This document shows, in pieces, positions 10,316 to 17,679 of a stretch of DNA of 35,272 nt. The notes under the pieces are model-generated. The model was not told where the DNA came from. It was given only the letters and a program-made list of their open reading frames with translations, and did no database searches. The DNA is from a virus. Lineage: Duplodnaviria; Caudoviricetes. Numbering within the stretch: position 1 is the stretch's first letter; every line of letters starts with the position of its first letter. The DNA is taken from the IMG/VR virus record IMGVR_UViG_3300042901_001003, positions 1 through 35,272 of that record. The stretch is one strand, 5' to 3'. Both the position numbers and the translations under genes were made by a program.

Positions 10316-10728
10316 AAAGAAGTTTTTTTATTAATATACCAAATTATAACCAACACAACTAAAAATAAAAACAAAGCTATTATACCCGCTATTCCTAAAA
10401 AAAGAGTAGTATTGTCGGTTTCTTTGTGTTTGTCTTTTATTTCAACTATTTGCGTGTCTAGTTTGTGAATTGTATCTTTTTGAATATGCCACCTATCCCG
10501 ATAATGATTTTCAATCATAACATTAACGATTGTATCTTTTCCTATTAGCATAGGTTTTGTAGCGTCAAAAGGTCGCAAGATAAACGAACTATCACGAAAT
10601 CTTTTTAAATCAATTTTAGACGCATTAAAATCGCTTTTAGATTCTATTTCTATACTTGTTTTATCTTTTTTAACAGAACCGCAAGAAAGTAAACTAATTG
10701 CGATTAGTAGTAAGGTTATTTTTTTCAT
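10312..10728 (-). CDS. Lipoprotein with C-terminal TM helix (possible unimolecular spanin)
   Basis: MKKITLLLIAISLLSC lipobox signal; C-terminal LFLGIAGIIALFLFLVVLVIIWY helix followed by KK. Confidence 0.6.
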   Translation of the reverse strand: MKKITLLLIAISLLSCGSVKKDKTSIEIESKSDFNASKIDLKRFRDSSFILRPFDATKPMLIGKDTIVNVMIENHYRDRWHIQKDTIHKLDTQIVEIKDKHKETDNTTLFLGIAGIIALFLFLVVLVIIWYINKKTSL

Positions 10729-10744
10729 AGTTTTAAAATTTCTT

Positions 10745-10897
10745 TTAATCTATTTCTTTAATGCTTTCTAAAAAATTTTCTATATCGGCATGAGTTACGG
10801 TGTCTTTGTTTAAATCTGAAACCATTTCTTTTCGTTCATCTGATAATAAATAATTACCAAAATCTACCAAATCTTTTTTGTTAAAATACATTTCCAT
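10745..10897 (-). CDS. Hypothetical protein (50 aa, not in ORF track)
   Basis: Manual translation MEMYFNKKDLVDFGNYLLS...EID*; fills the gap in the operon. Confidence 0.6.
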   Translation of the reverse strand: MEMYFNKKDLVDFGNYLLSDERKEMVSDLNKDTVTHADIENFLESIKEID

Positions 10898-10901
10898 CTT
10901 A

Positions 10902-11120
10902 TTATTTTTTAATTAAATTTTTCTCAAAAATACAAAAACTTTCTTTTAAATCGCTTATTGTTGTTTTTTTTCGTTTGTCTTTTTTAATTTCAGGCATATT
11001 TTTAATAACACTATCCCTTATAAATTTTGAAACATTTACTTTATTTTTTCGTAATTGCTTAAAAAATTCCTTCATTTTTTTATCACAAGTGAAAGTTTGT
11101 ATTTCGTTGTAAATTTCCAT
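10902..11120 (-). CDS. Putative ribbon-helix-helix DNA-binding protein
   Basis: QTFTCD strand followed by helix and NVSKFIRDSV, typical of RHH proteins. Confidence 0.5.
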   Translation of the reverse strand: MEIYNEIQTFTCDKKMKEFFKQLRKNKVNVSKFIRDSVIKNMPEIKKDKRKKTTISDLKESFCIFEKNLIKK

Positions 11121-11155
11121 TGTTTATAAGGGTTAATAAAATAAAATAATATTTT

Positions 11156-11185
11156 TTATAGTGTAATGTTGTAGTTATGAGCAAG
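11156..11185 (+). other. Candidate attI-like primary recombination site at left end of cassette array
   Basis: TTATAGTGTAA-TGTTGTAG-TTATGAGCAAG; the G/TTA at 11174 matches cassette 1 right end (CCTGCTCATAAC) and has no preceding hairpin. Confidence 0.55.
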
Positions 11186-11186
11186 T

Positions 11187-11489
11187 TTACTGACCGTCTT
11201 CGTAACGGCTCATTTCAAAACCGTGTGAATAAAAATCCCCAAGTCCACCAGCATCAATAACTATTTTATAATTATAATCTTCGTGAGAAACTACAATTTG
11301 AGTTCCTTCATCATTTTCTATATTTTCAGTTGGTATTCCAACACATTCTATAAAGTGTTGCATACTTTGGTTGTTATCCATACCCATATTATCGTTTTCA
11401 TTGATAATTCGATAGGATGTTTCTCCTTTTGCAAATTCATCAAACATTTGCGTTATCGAATTTGGTATCTCATAAATTTCTGTTTTCAT
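11187..11489 (-). CDS. Cassette 1 hypothetical protein
   Basis: 100 aa acidic ORF filling cassette 11175-11648. Confidence 0.75.
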   Translation of the reverse strand: MKTEIYEIPNSITQMFDEFAKGETSYRIINENDNMGMDNNQSMQHFIECVGIPTENIENDEGTQIVVSHEDYNYKIVIDAGGLGDFYSHGFEMSRYEDGQ

Positions 11490-11520
11490 AATAATTTTTT
11501 GTTTAAATTACACAACCTGC

Positions 11521-11654
11521 TCATAACAGCAATTTGGCAATATGTCGGTTTTGGTCTTTAATTTAATGGTCGTTTTGTACTTGTAGAAATTCGGTATTTC
11601 CGAATGTCTTGGCTTCTTTAATCCGCCACATCGCCAAGTTGCAAAACGTTAACA
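11521..11654 (+). repeat. attC-like site 1
   Basis: TCATAACA-GCAATTTGGC...GCCAAGTTGC-AAAAC-GTTAAC. Confidence 0.85.
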
Positions 11655-11660
11655 AATATA

Positions 11661-12104
11661 TTATTCTGAACTTTGTAGTAATTCAGGATTTTCATAAACA
11701 TTACCTTTAATAAAAGTTGTTTTAATCCAATATCCTAAATCTTTTCTAAGAACTTCATCATTAAATTCTAAGTAAAAGCCAATATGTAAAGCGTGTTTAT
11801 CGTCACAAGGATTTCTGTATGGTCCAAATTTTACAATACCTTTTTTATTTTCATCAAAATGATAAGGCATTATATCCCCTTCGTAAATCTCTTTTTCATT
11901 TTTATCTTTTAAACCTGTGTATTGCATAAACACAATTTCTTTTTGCCATTGTTCAAGCTCTTTTTCTTTATCATAAGTATCTTCATAAGATAATCTATAT
12001 TGAAATGTTTCTGAAATTGCTGAATCAATTTGGGTATCTTCTGGGTATATCATTTCATTAACTACTTGATTTTTTACCCATGCTCTAAATTTAATTTCTC
12101 TCAT
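11661..12104 (-). CDS. Cassette 2: YopX-family protein
   Basis: MREIKFRAW...MQYTGLKDKNEKEIYEGDI...GNVYENPELL signature. Confidence 0.9.
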   Translation of the reverse strand: MREIKFRAWVKNQVVNEMIYPEDTQIDSAISETFQYRLSYEDTYDKEKELEQWQKEIVFMQYTGLKDKNEKEIYEGDIMPYHFDENKKGIVKFGPYRNPCDDKHALHIGFYLEFNDEVLRKDLGYWIKTTFIKGNVYENPELLQSSE

Positions 12105-12136
12105 AATTTTATTTTTTTTATGTTTAAAAATACATT

Positions 12137-12271
12137 TGTTAACAGCGGTTTTGTGCTATTGCCGTTTTCGGCTAAATTTAAAGGTTTGTTTATATCTTCA
12201 AACATTTGTCTTTAATTTAAAAATTAGTGTGTGTTTTTTCGGCAACATCACAAAGCCTGAGAACGTTATGC
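12137..12271 (+). repeat. attC-like site 2
   Basis: TGTTAACA-GCGGTTTTGTG.TATTGCCG...CGGCAACATCACAAAGCC-TGAGAAC-GTTATG. Confidence 0.85.
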
Positions 12272-12277
12272 GTAATG

Positions 12278-13060
12278 TTAAGACAGCACCCTGCTAACCG
12301 AAACATTGTAATAATTTTTATCTTTTTCAATCCCTATGTATTGCCTATTTAACTCTTTACAAGCTAAACCAGTTGTATTACTACCCATACAATTATCCAT
12401 TACTACATCATTTTCATTTGAATAGGTTTTAATTAAGTATTTCATAAGTTCCAAAGGTTTTTGTGTTGGGTGTAATTTGTTTTTTTGGTTCGCATTACTA
12501 ATTTCAAGTATTGATTTTGGATATTTGAAATTGGTTGTATATTCTATTGAAGTTGTATTTTTTCTTGCATAAATATCGCTATCAGCTTCTTTTTTATACT
12601 TCCTTACTTTTTCTCTCTTTTCAAGTTGTGGTATATAAAGCATATTGTTTTTATTACAATTAGCTGTATTTGCTTTTGAAAATATTACAATATCCTCGTG
12701 GTTTTGCATCGGCTTTAATTTAGCAGTTAAAAAATTGCCAGGCTTTACCTTATTCCACACCCAAGTATATTTAAACATCTTTCTATTGCTTATTATCAAT
12801 TCAGTTGTAAATGGTTGCATAGCTGTTAATACTATTGCTCCATTTGGTTTTATAATCCTTTCGTATTGTTCCCAAAGTTTAGGTAAATCAAGTAAGCTAT
12901 CCCACTTTAAACCTGTTACATTATAGGGCAAGTCGCAAAGTATAAGTTGAACACTTGCATCAGCAATGTATGGAAATACATCGAAGCAATCAGCGTGGAC
13001 TAAAACACTACGCATAACATCGGTTTTGCAATAGTGGGGCGGAAGTTGTAAATTCATCAT
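12278..13060 (-). CDS. Cassette 3: orphan DNA methyltransferase (N6_N4_Mtase, beta-class order)
   Basis: Catalytic motif variant CDLPY, then HPTQKP, then SAM-binding DNCMGSNTTG...YIGIEKD. Confidence 0.9.
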   Translation of the reverse strand: MMNLQLPPHYCKTDVMRSVLVHADCFDVFPYIADASVQLILCDLPYNVTGLKWDSLLDLPKLWEQYERIIKPNGAIVLTAMQPFTTELIISNRKMFKYTWVWNKVKPGNFLTAKLKPMQNHEDIVIFSKANTANCNKNNMLYIPQLEKREKVRKYKKEADSDIYARKNTTSIEYTTNFKYPKSILEISNANQKNKLHPTQKPLELMKYLIKTYSNENDVVMDNCMGSNTTGLACKELNRQYIGIEKDKNYYNVSVSRVLS

Positions 13061-13142
13061 TTGTAATTCTATTAAAGTTTAGTTGTGGGTTGAACTTTTG
13101 TGCCTTGAAACCCCACCATCGCAAAGCCCCGATACGTTATAA
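13012..13142 (+). repeat. attC-like site 3 (contains MTase start codon)
   Basis: GCATAACA-TCGGTTTTGCAATAGTGGGG...CCCCACCATCGCAAAGCC-CCGATAC-GTTATA. Confidence 0.85.
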
Positions 13143-13148
13143 GTAACT

Positions 13149-13430
13149 TTATGAAGTAGTTTGCGTACAAATTGAATGAACATCTTTAATCAAATTGTCA
13201 ACAAACCATTTGTTATCTTCACAATCTAAATTGCTCCAACCATAATCAAATTCAAGTTTTTCTTTTATTTGTTCTAAAATTTTTTCGTCAATTTGTTTTT
13301 TACAATCTTCTATACTTTCTCCAGAACCTATTGCAAAATCTTCATCTTCTGAAAAGAAATGCACTTTGCTATTTTTTGGTGCGAATCCTGATTTATCAAA
13401 TTCAAACCAAAAACCTTTATATATTTCCAT
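13149..13430 (-). CDS. Cassette 4 hypothetical protein
   Basis: 93 aa ORF filling cassette 13137-13576. Confidence 0.75.
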   Translation of the reverse strand: MEIYKGFWFEFDKSGFAPKNSKVHFFSEDEDFAIGSGESIEDCKKQIDEKILEQIKEKLEFDYGWSNLDCEDNKWFVDNLIKDVHSICTQTTS

Positions 13431-13450
13431 AGTTTTAATTTAAAAGCTAC

Positions 13451-13582
13451 TTATAACAAATAATTGTATCAATAGCTTGTTTAGTGTTTAATTTAATGTT
13501 TTGCGTTTTTTTGTAATCTTATTTTAATCTGAAACGTATGGTAACTTTAGCACGCTACTAATACAATTATCATACGTTATAA
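13451..13582 (+). repeat. attC-like site 4
   Basis: TTATAACA-AATAATTGTATCAATAGC...GCTACTAATACAATTAT-CATAC-GTTATA. Confidence 0.85.
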
Positions 13583-13589
13583 GAAATAG

Positions 13590-13934
13590 CTACGTTTTCT
13601 TTTCAGTTGAAAATATAAGTTCTAAACCTTTTTTATATTTATTATTACGAATAATAACTTCATTAACCTGTTTGGTAACATTTTCAAGTAAGTAATTTAT
13701 TTTTTCATCTTTGTTATCAGTGTTAATTTCATAAGATAAAATATAAGAATTACATCTTTTATCAAATAAAGTGCTATCTGGATTTTCTATAAATTCTTTA
13801 GCGTTAAATATTTTTAATATTTTCTTTTTTCTATAAGCGTAACAATTTATAAGTTCTTTTTTGTATTGTCCTTGTTCAATAATAAGATAAAATAAATTAC
13901 CATAACAATCATAAGCTTCATATTCTTTTTCCAT
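13590..13934 (-). CDS. Cassette 5 hypothetical protein
   Basis: 114 aa ORF filling cassette 13577-14090. Confidence 0.7.
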   Translation of the reverse strand: MEKEYEAYDCYGNLFYLIIEQGQYKKELINCYAYRKKKILKIFNAKEFIENPDSTLFDKRCNSYILSYEINTDNKDEKINYLLENVTKQVNEVIIRNNKYKKGLELIFSTEKKT

Positions 13935-13965
13935 AATTACTATTTGTGTTTATACCCGCTACTTC

Positions 13966-14096
13966 TTATAACAGCAATTTGTAGAAATGGCTACTATTCG
14001 CAGTTTTGGATTGTTGTTGTTTAATTTATAATTCGTTAATTTTTGTTGTCTATTCGCTTGAATTACGCCACTTCTACAAGTTGCCAAACGTTAACC
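13966..14096 (+). repeat. attC-like site 5
   Basis: TTATAACA-GCAATTTGTAGAAATGGC...GCCACTTCTACAAGTTGC-CAAAC-GTTAAC. Confidence 0.85.
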
Positions 14097-14097
14097 G

Positions 14098-14268
14098 CTA
14101 TTTAAACTCAACTTTGTGGATAATTGAGTCTTTGTAGTGAATTGGAAATTTTAACCTTGCTAAAGTATGATAAGGAAAACCAAACTCTAAACATAGCTTT
14201 TTAAAATTACCTCTTACTATTGGCGGTTCGTTAGGTTGCAAAAGTACTATTGTGTTTTTTCGTTGCAT
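14098..14268 (-). CDS. Cassette 6 ORF c, small putative DNA-binding protein (56 aa, not in ORF track)
   Basis: Manual translation MQRKNTIVLL...GNFKKLCLEFGFPYHTLARLKFP...EFK*; HTH-like middle segment. Confidence 0.6.
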   Translation of the reverse strand: MQRKNTIVLLQPNEPPIVRGNFKKLCLEFGFPYHTLARLKFPIHYKDSIIHKVEFK

Positions 14269-14459
14269 AATTTTTCTTGGTATAAAATCTTTAATTTTTT
14301 ATGATAGTCTTTATATGATTTTGGTTTATCACATTTTTCTAATGGAGAAATATATTCATATTCGTAACCTAAAACCATTTGAGATAGTTTTTCTGTTTTG
14401 TATTCTAAATCACAATATTGATTTTTATTATTTGCTCTGCAATTTTGACATTTTTTCAT
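14247..14459 (-). CDS. Cassette 6 ORF b, small Cys-containing protein
   Basis: 70 aa; CxxC...C...C pattern. Confidence 0.65.
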   Translation of the reverse strand: MKKCQNCRANNKNQYCDLEYKTEKLSQMVLGYEYEYISPLEKCDKPKSYKDYHKKLKILYQEKLCNEKTQ

Positions 14460-14495
14460 AAAAATATGCGTTACAGTCGCATCCCTGTTTTTTTT

Positions 14496-14663
14496 TTATT
14501 TTAGTTCAACATTATATTTTTCTATCCATTTGGTAACTCCGTTTTTTGTAAGCTGAACTGAGTTTTTAGTTTCTTTTTCAACTACTAAAGTTTCTCCTAT
14601 TGATGCTCTAAATAATGATTTGTAAGAACCTTTTAAAACATTTTTTGTGAAAGTTGCTGTCAT
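14496..14663 (-). CDS. Cassette 6 ORF a (55 aa, not in ORF track)
   Basis: Manual translation MTATFTKNVLKGSYK...NVELK*; lies just downstream of the cassette-internal promoter. Confidence 0.65.
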   Translation of the reverse strand: MTATFTKNVLKGSYKSLFRASIGETLVVEKETKNSVQLTKNGVTKWIEKYNVELK

Positions 14664-14693
14664 AATTTCTATTTTTAGTTGTTATTTCTTTTA

Positions 14694-14724
14694 CAAATAT
14701 ACGACTAATTTTGATACTACCAAA
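14694..14724 (-). promoter_or_regulatory. Bacteroidota sigma-A promoter inside cassette 6
   Basis: Minus strand TTTG-N19-TATATTTG, an exact match to the -33/-7 consensus. Confidence 0.8.
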
Positions 14725-14763
14725 TAAAATTACAATTATTTTTAAAATTTATGTAAAAACAGC

Positions 14764-14898
14764 GGTTAACAGTGGTTTTATTCAATAGCGGTTTCGGTGT
14801 TTAATCTAAAAAATAGTGTGTATTTGTAAACTTTAGGCATAACCGAAATATAGTTTTTTACTTTTCCGCTACTGAAATAAAGCCACCATACGTTATAA
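14764..14898 (+). repeat. attC-like site 6
   Basis: GGTTAACA-GTGGTTTTATTCAATAGCGG...CCGCTACTGAAATAAAGCCAC-CATAC-GTTATA. Confidence 0.85.
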
Positions 14899-15096
14899 CT
14901 CATTTTGGCGAACCCTTATCAAACGACTTTTTTTGTCGAAAATCACATTTTCTTTTGGTATAATTTTAACCTCACTAATTAATATTTTACAAGGTTCATC
15001 TAAATACCAAATGTATTCAGGGTCTGTTTCTGAAATCATACCAACTTCACAATATTTTGGGTTAATTCCTTTCGGTTGAAAATATACTGTATTCAT
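14893..15096 (-). CDS. Cassette 7 ORF b, hypothetical
   Basis: 67 aa; stop codon is the TTA of the G/TTA core. Confidence 0.7.
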   Translation of the reverse strand: MNTVYFQPKGINPKYCEVGMISETDPEYIWYLDEPCKILISEVKIIPKENVIFDKKSRLIRVRQNEL

Positions 15097-15263
15097 AATA
15101 TTTCAGATTTTGAAGTTATCATTTTAAAGTAATTCAAGTGTATTTGAGCAGCAGCATAATATTTTAAAGCTGTACTAAATTTTCTTTCTTTTCTGAATAT
15201 TTTAGCTAAATATTTGTTTCTGTAATATTCTTTTTCGCTGTGTTCTTCAATTAAATTTTCCAT
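15093..15263 (-). CDS. Cassette 7 ORF a (56 aa, not in ORF track)
   Basis: Manual translation MENLIEEHSEKEYY...SEIL*; ATGA overlap with next ORF. Confidence 0.6.
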   Translation of the reverse strand: MENLIEEHSEKEYYRNKYLAKIFRKERKFSTALKYYAAAQIHLNYFKMITSKSEIL

Positions 15264-15275
15264 AATAAAAACGAG

Positions 15276-15300
15276 TTATAACAGCAATTACACGCTATTT
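15276..15300 (+). repeat. Truncated attC-like site 7 (left arm only)
   Basis: TTATAACA-GCAATTACACGCTATT with no matching right arm or CGTTA before the next ORF. Confidence 0.7.
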
Positions 15301-15548
15301 TAAGAAGCGACAACTACAATCATATCATTTTCAATTCTTCTAATAGCTTGCTCAACACTTAAATTAGTATTTACATAGTCTAGTTGTAACCAAAAAGGAA
15401 AATACCATTTCCATTTTTGGACTTCAAACCCGCCATAATTATCTCTAATTATTCTATATTTAATAATTTTAAATCCAATAAAAAAAACAGCAGGTAACAC
15501 AGGTTTTGTGCTATTGCTTGGCTCGGTGTTTTCTGAATGTTTAGTCAT
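15300..15548 (-). CDS. Cassette 8 hypothetical protein (cassette left end missing)
   Basis: 82 aa; N-terminus encoded within attC-like site 8. Confidence 0.65.
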   Translation of the reverse strand: MTKHSENTEPSNSTKPVLPAVFFIGFKIIKYRIIRDNYGGFEVQKWKWYFPFWLQLDYVNTNLSVEQAIRRIENDMIVVVAS

Positions 15549-15625
15549 AATCTGTAATTTTTAGTGTTTAAATTAAAATTTGTTTTATTTTTATGCAACA
15601 GGCACAAAGCCCGAAAACGTTATGC
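15492..15625 (+). repeat. attC-like site 8
   Basis: AGGTAACA-CAGGTTTTGTGCTATTGC...GCAACAGGCACAAAGCC-CGAAAAC-GTTATG. Confidence 0.85.
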
Positions 15626-15859
15626 CTCATTGCCCGAAAGAATAGAAACAATCTCTTTTCCTCTTTCAACACAATGATTTATTTCTTCCCATCCGTGACC
15701 ATCGTAATTTTTTTGATGCAATAATATTTCGGATGCTTCAATCAATTTTTTCATAACGTCTTTTAAACACCAAGCGTTATCCATTGCTAAAACAGATTGC
15801 AACGAAGGCATAACAGCCGTTTCAAGCAATTGCGGGATTTGTTTTTTATCTTCAATCAT
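15620..15859 (-). CDS. Cassette 9 hypothetical protein
   Basis: 79 aa; starts within attC-like site 9 and stops at the core TTA. Confidence 0.7.
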   Translation of the reverse strand: MIEDKKQIPQLLETAVMPSLQSVLAMDNAWCLKDVMKKLIEASEILLHQKNYDGHGWEEINHCVERGKEIVSILSGNEA

Positions 15860-15944
15860 CGGTCTTTAATTTAAGTTTGGTTATTATTTGTTATTTTTGG
15901 GTATTAAACCCCCGCAACTGCGTGAAGCGGCGGGAGCGTTAGCA
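15808..15944 (+). repeat. attC-like site 9
   Basis: GCATAACA-GCCGTTTCAAGCAATTGCGGG...CCCGCAACTGCGTGAAGCGGC-GGGAGC-GTTAGC. Confidence 0.85.
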
Positions 15945-15950
15945 GTAATG

Positions 15951-16373
15951 CTAAAGTGAATCTAACAAATCTTGTTTTGTAATTGTAAACTTATCCTTGT
16001 AATTTTCATAGTAAAGTTTAGGTAATAAATCTATAATTTTTTTGAAATCAATATTTTCATCTAAAATTTTAGTTATTTTTTCATACTCATCATCAGAATT
16101 ATTTTCTGAAAATCTATCATCATCAATTCTTTTAGTTATCCATTGTGAAGAAAAATTAATAATTGGTTCTAATTTAGAGCCTTTGCACTCAAAAACTGCA
16201 TCTTCTTCTAATTCTCTAACTTGTTCTTCTTCTCCGTCAAAAACTTTATAGATAAAATCCTCTAAATCTGTATAAAATTCACCATCTTCAAAAAAGTTTT
16301 CCATAAATCGCGAAGCACTACCGCTAACATCGGTTTTGTCTAATTCCTTAGAATTGTTTGTATCTGAAATCAT
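15951..16373 (-). CDS. Cassette 10 acidic hypothetical protein
   Basis: 140 aa, very D/E-rich; upstream start lies within attC-like site 10 (an internal Met start is also possible). Confidence 0.75.
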   Translation of the reverse strand: MISDTNNSKELDKTDVSGSASRFMENFFEDGEFYTDLEDFIYKVFDGEEEQVRELEEDAVFECKGSKLEPIINFSSQWITKRIDDDRFSENNSDDEYEKITKILDENIDFKKIIDLLPKLYYENYKDKFTITKQDLLDSL

Positions 16374-16456
16374 AATGTTTAATTTAAATATTGGTACTTG
16401 TTTGTTGTGTATAGTTTTAAATCATCGGCACTAGACAAAGCCGAGAACCGTTATAA
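16322..16456 (+). repeat. attC-like site 10
   Basis: CGCTAACA-TCGGTTTTGTCTA...TAGACAAAGCCGA-GAACC-GTTATA. Confidence 0.85.
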
Positions 16457-16462
16457 AACAGT

Positions 16463-16735
16463 TTAACCGACATCGTGCATATCATCAACTATCTTTTGTT
16501 CTTGTGTTCTTTTTGATAAATCAACTATTTCAACCCATTCAAAACCATCAAACAAGGTGTCGTGTCTATTATCATCATGGTTTTTTCTTAGATGTTTAGG
16601 TTTTGAATAAGCTTTTAATTGACCATTAACCTCTTCAAAATAATCTCCTTCTACATAATCTATCGCATGAGGAACATATCTTATTGCTGTTCCTTTTCTG
16701 TAACCTCTTTTTTTTGCTTCTTTAATTAAGTCCAT
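16463..16735 (-). CDS. Cassette 11 hypothetical protein
   Basis: 90 aa; LIKEAKKRGY..G...W.EIV pattern. Confidence 0.75.
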   Translation of the reverse strand: MDLIKEAKKRGYRKGTAIRYVPHAIDYVEGDYFEEVNGQLKAYSKPKHLRKNHDDNRHDTLFDGFEWVEIVDLSKRTQEQKIVDDMHDVG

Positions 16736-16748
16736 AATAAAACCGATT

Positions 16749-16872
16749 TTATAACAATGGTTTGTAGCAAAACTACTTTAGGCTACCTTTCCATCGTTGG
16801 TTAATAATTCTTTTGTGTTTGTTGTGTGTGTTTATAATTCTACGTTCTGCTACAAGCCATCGAACGTTAGCG
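16749..16872 (+). repeat. attC-like site 11
   Basis: TTATAACA-ATGGTTTGTAGCA...TGCTACAAGCCAT-CGAAC-GTTAGC. Confidence 0.85.
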
Positions 16873-16888
16873 GTAATACTAAGAACCA

Positions 16889-17194
16889 CTAGGCGTTTTT
16901 ACGGATAAAATTCAACATTTCAGAACCGTGTTTAAAACAATCACAGCCTCTATTTTCGTCAAAAGGTTTTGTGCTTGGTACAGTATTTCCATTTAATTTA
17001 TATACAGGACAACTACTATTGCAACTTGAATGTTCACTATCGCAAATTTCGTACAATTCAGTACTTAAATTTTCTTCCGATATAGCACCAGTTCTTGCAT
17101 ATTCCATTACAGATTTAGGTGTCAAATCAGAATACTCAATATCTTTATCTGTTACTTTTTCGCCTTTTGCTAATTTGATAATTAATTCTTCCAT
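16889..17194 (-). CDS. Cassette 12 Cys-rich hypothetical protein
   Basis: 101 aa; C...H..C...CP...CDC cluster. Confidence 0.75.
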   Translation of the reverse strand: MEELIIKLAKGEKVTDKDIEYSDLTPKSVMEYARTGAISEENLSTELYEICDSEHSSCNSSCPVYKLNGNTVPSTKPFDENRGCDCFKHGSEMLNFIRKNA

Positions 17195-17240
17195 TTTAAT
17201 AAAATTTAATTGACAAACCCTGTGATTAAAAAAGTACTAC

Positions 17241-17373
17241 CGCTAACAAGGGTTTGCCAAAATGGTGGCGATAGTGCTATATTTGAACTTTTGTGCTTTT
17301 TATTGGCTTTTGTGCTAAACTGAAACATTCTGCTTTCTATCCCACCACTTCGGCAAGCCCTAATCCGTTAGCA
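17241..17373 (+). repeat. attC-like site 12
   Basis: CGCTAACA-AGGGTTTGCCAAAATGGTGG...CCACCACTTCGGCAAGCCCT-AATCC-GTTAGC. Confidence 0.85.
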
Positions 17374-17667
17374 AATAGTTTTAGAACACTCGTCTAAAAC
17401 AGCCACTAAAAGATGTTTGTTTAAATCTGAATTTAACGGCACAATTGGTTCTGATGGACAAATAGTTTTATACTGCTTTTCAAATACTGAAAGTACTTTC
17501 TCTACATCAATTTCAGGATATTTGTTTTTTAGCATATCTGTAAATGAAGTTCTTATTCCTATAATAATATTGTTTTCTTTCAAAAGCTCTTTGTGTTGTT
17601 CTTTTGTTAGGTTTTCTTCTTTTGATTTTACATAGCATTGATGTGCTGTAAGTTTTATTTTTTCCAT
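17368..17667 (-). CDS. Cassette 13 hypothetical protein
   Basis: ATG start at 17667 (MEKIKL...) preferred over the track's TTG at 17688; stop is the core TTA. Confidence 0.7.
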   Translation of the reverse strand: MEKIKLTAHQCYVKSKEENLTKEQHKELLKENNIIIGIRTSFTDMLKNKYPEIDVEKVLSVFEKQYKTICPSEPIVPLNSDLNKHLLVAVLDECSKTIC

Positions 17668-17679
17668 AATAAACCGATT

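Noticed and set aside
12283-12300. ACAGCACCCTGCTAACC resembling an additional cassette right end
   Set aside because: Followed by C rather than the invariant A, with no hairpin or matching GTTAGCAG left end; lies in the last codons of the MTase. At most a relic.
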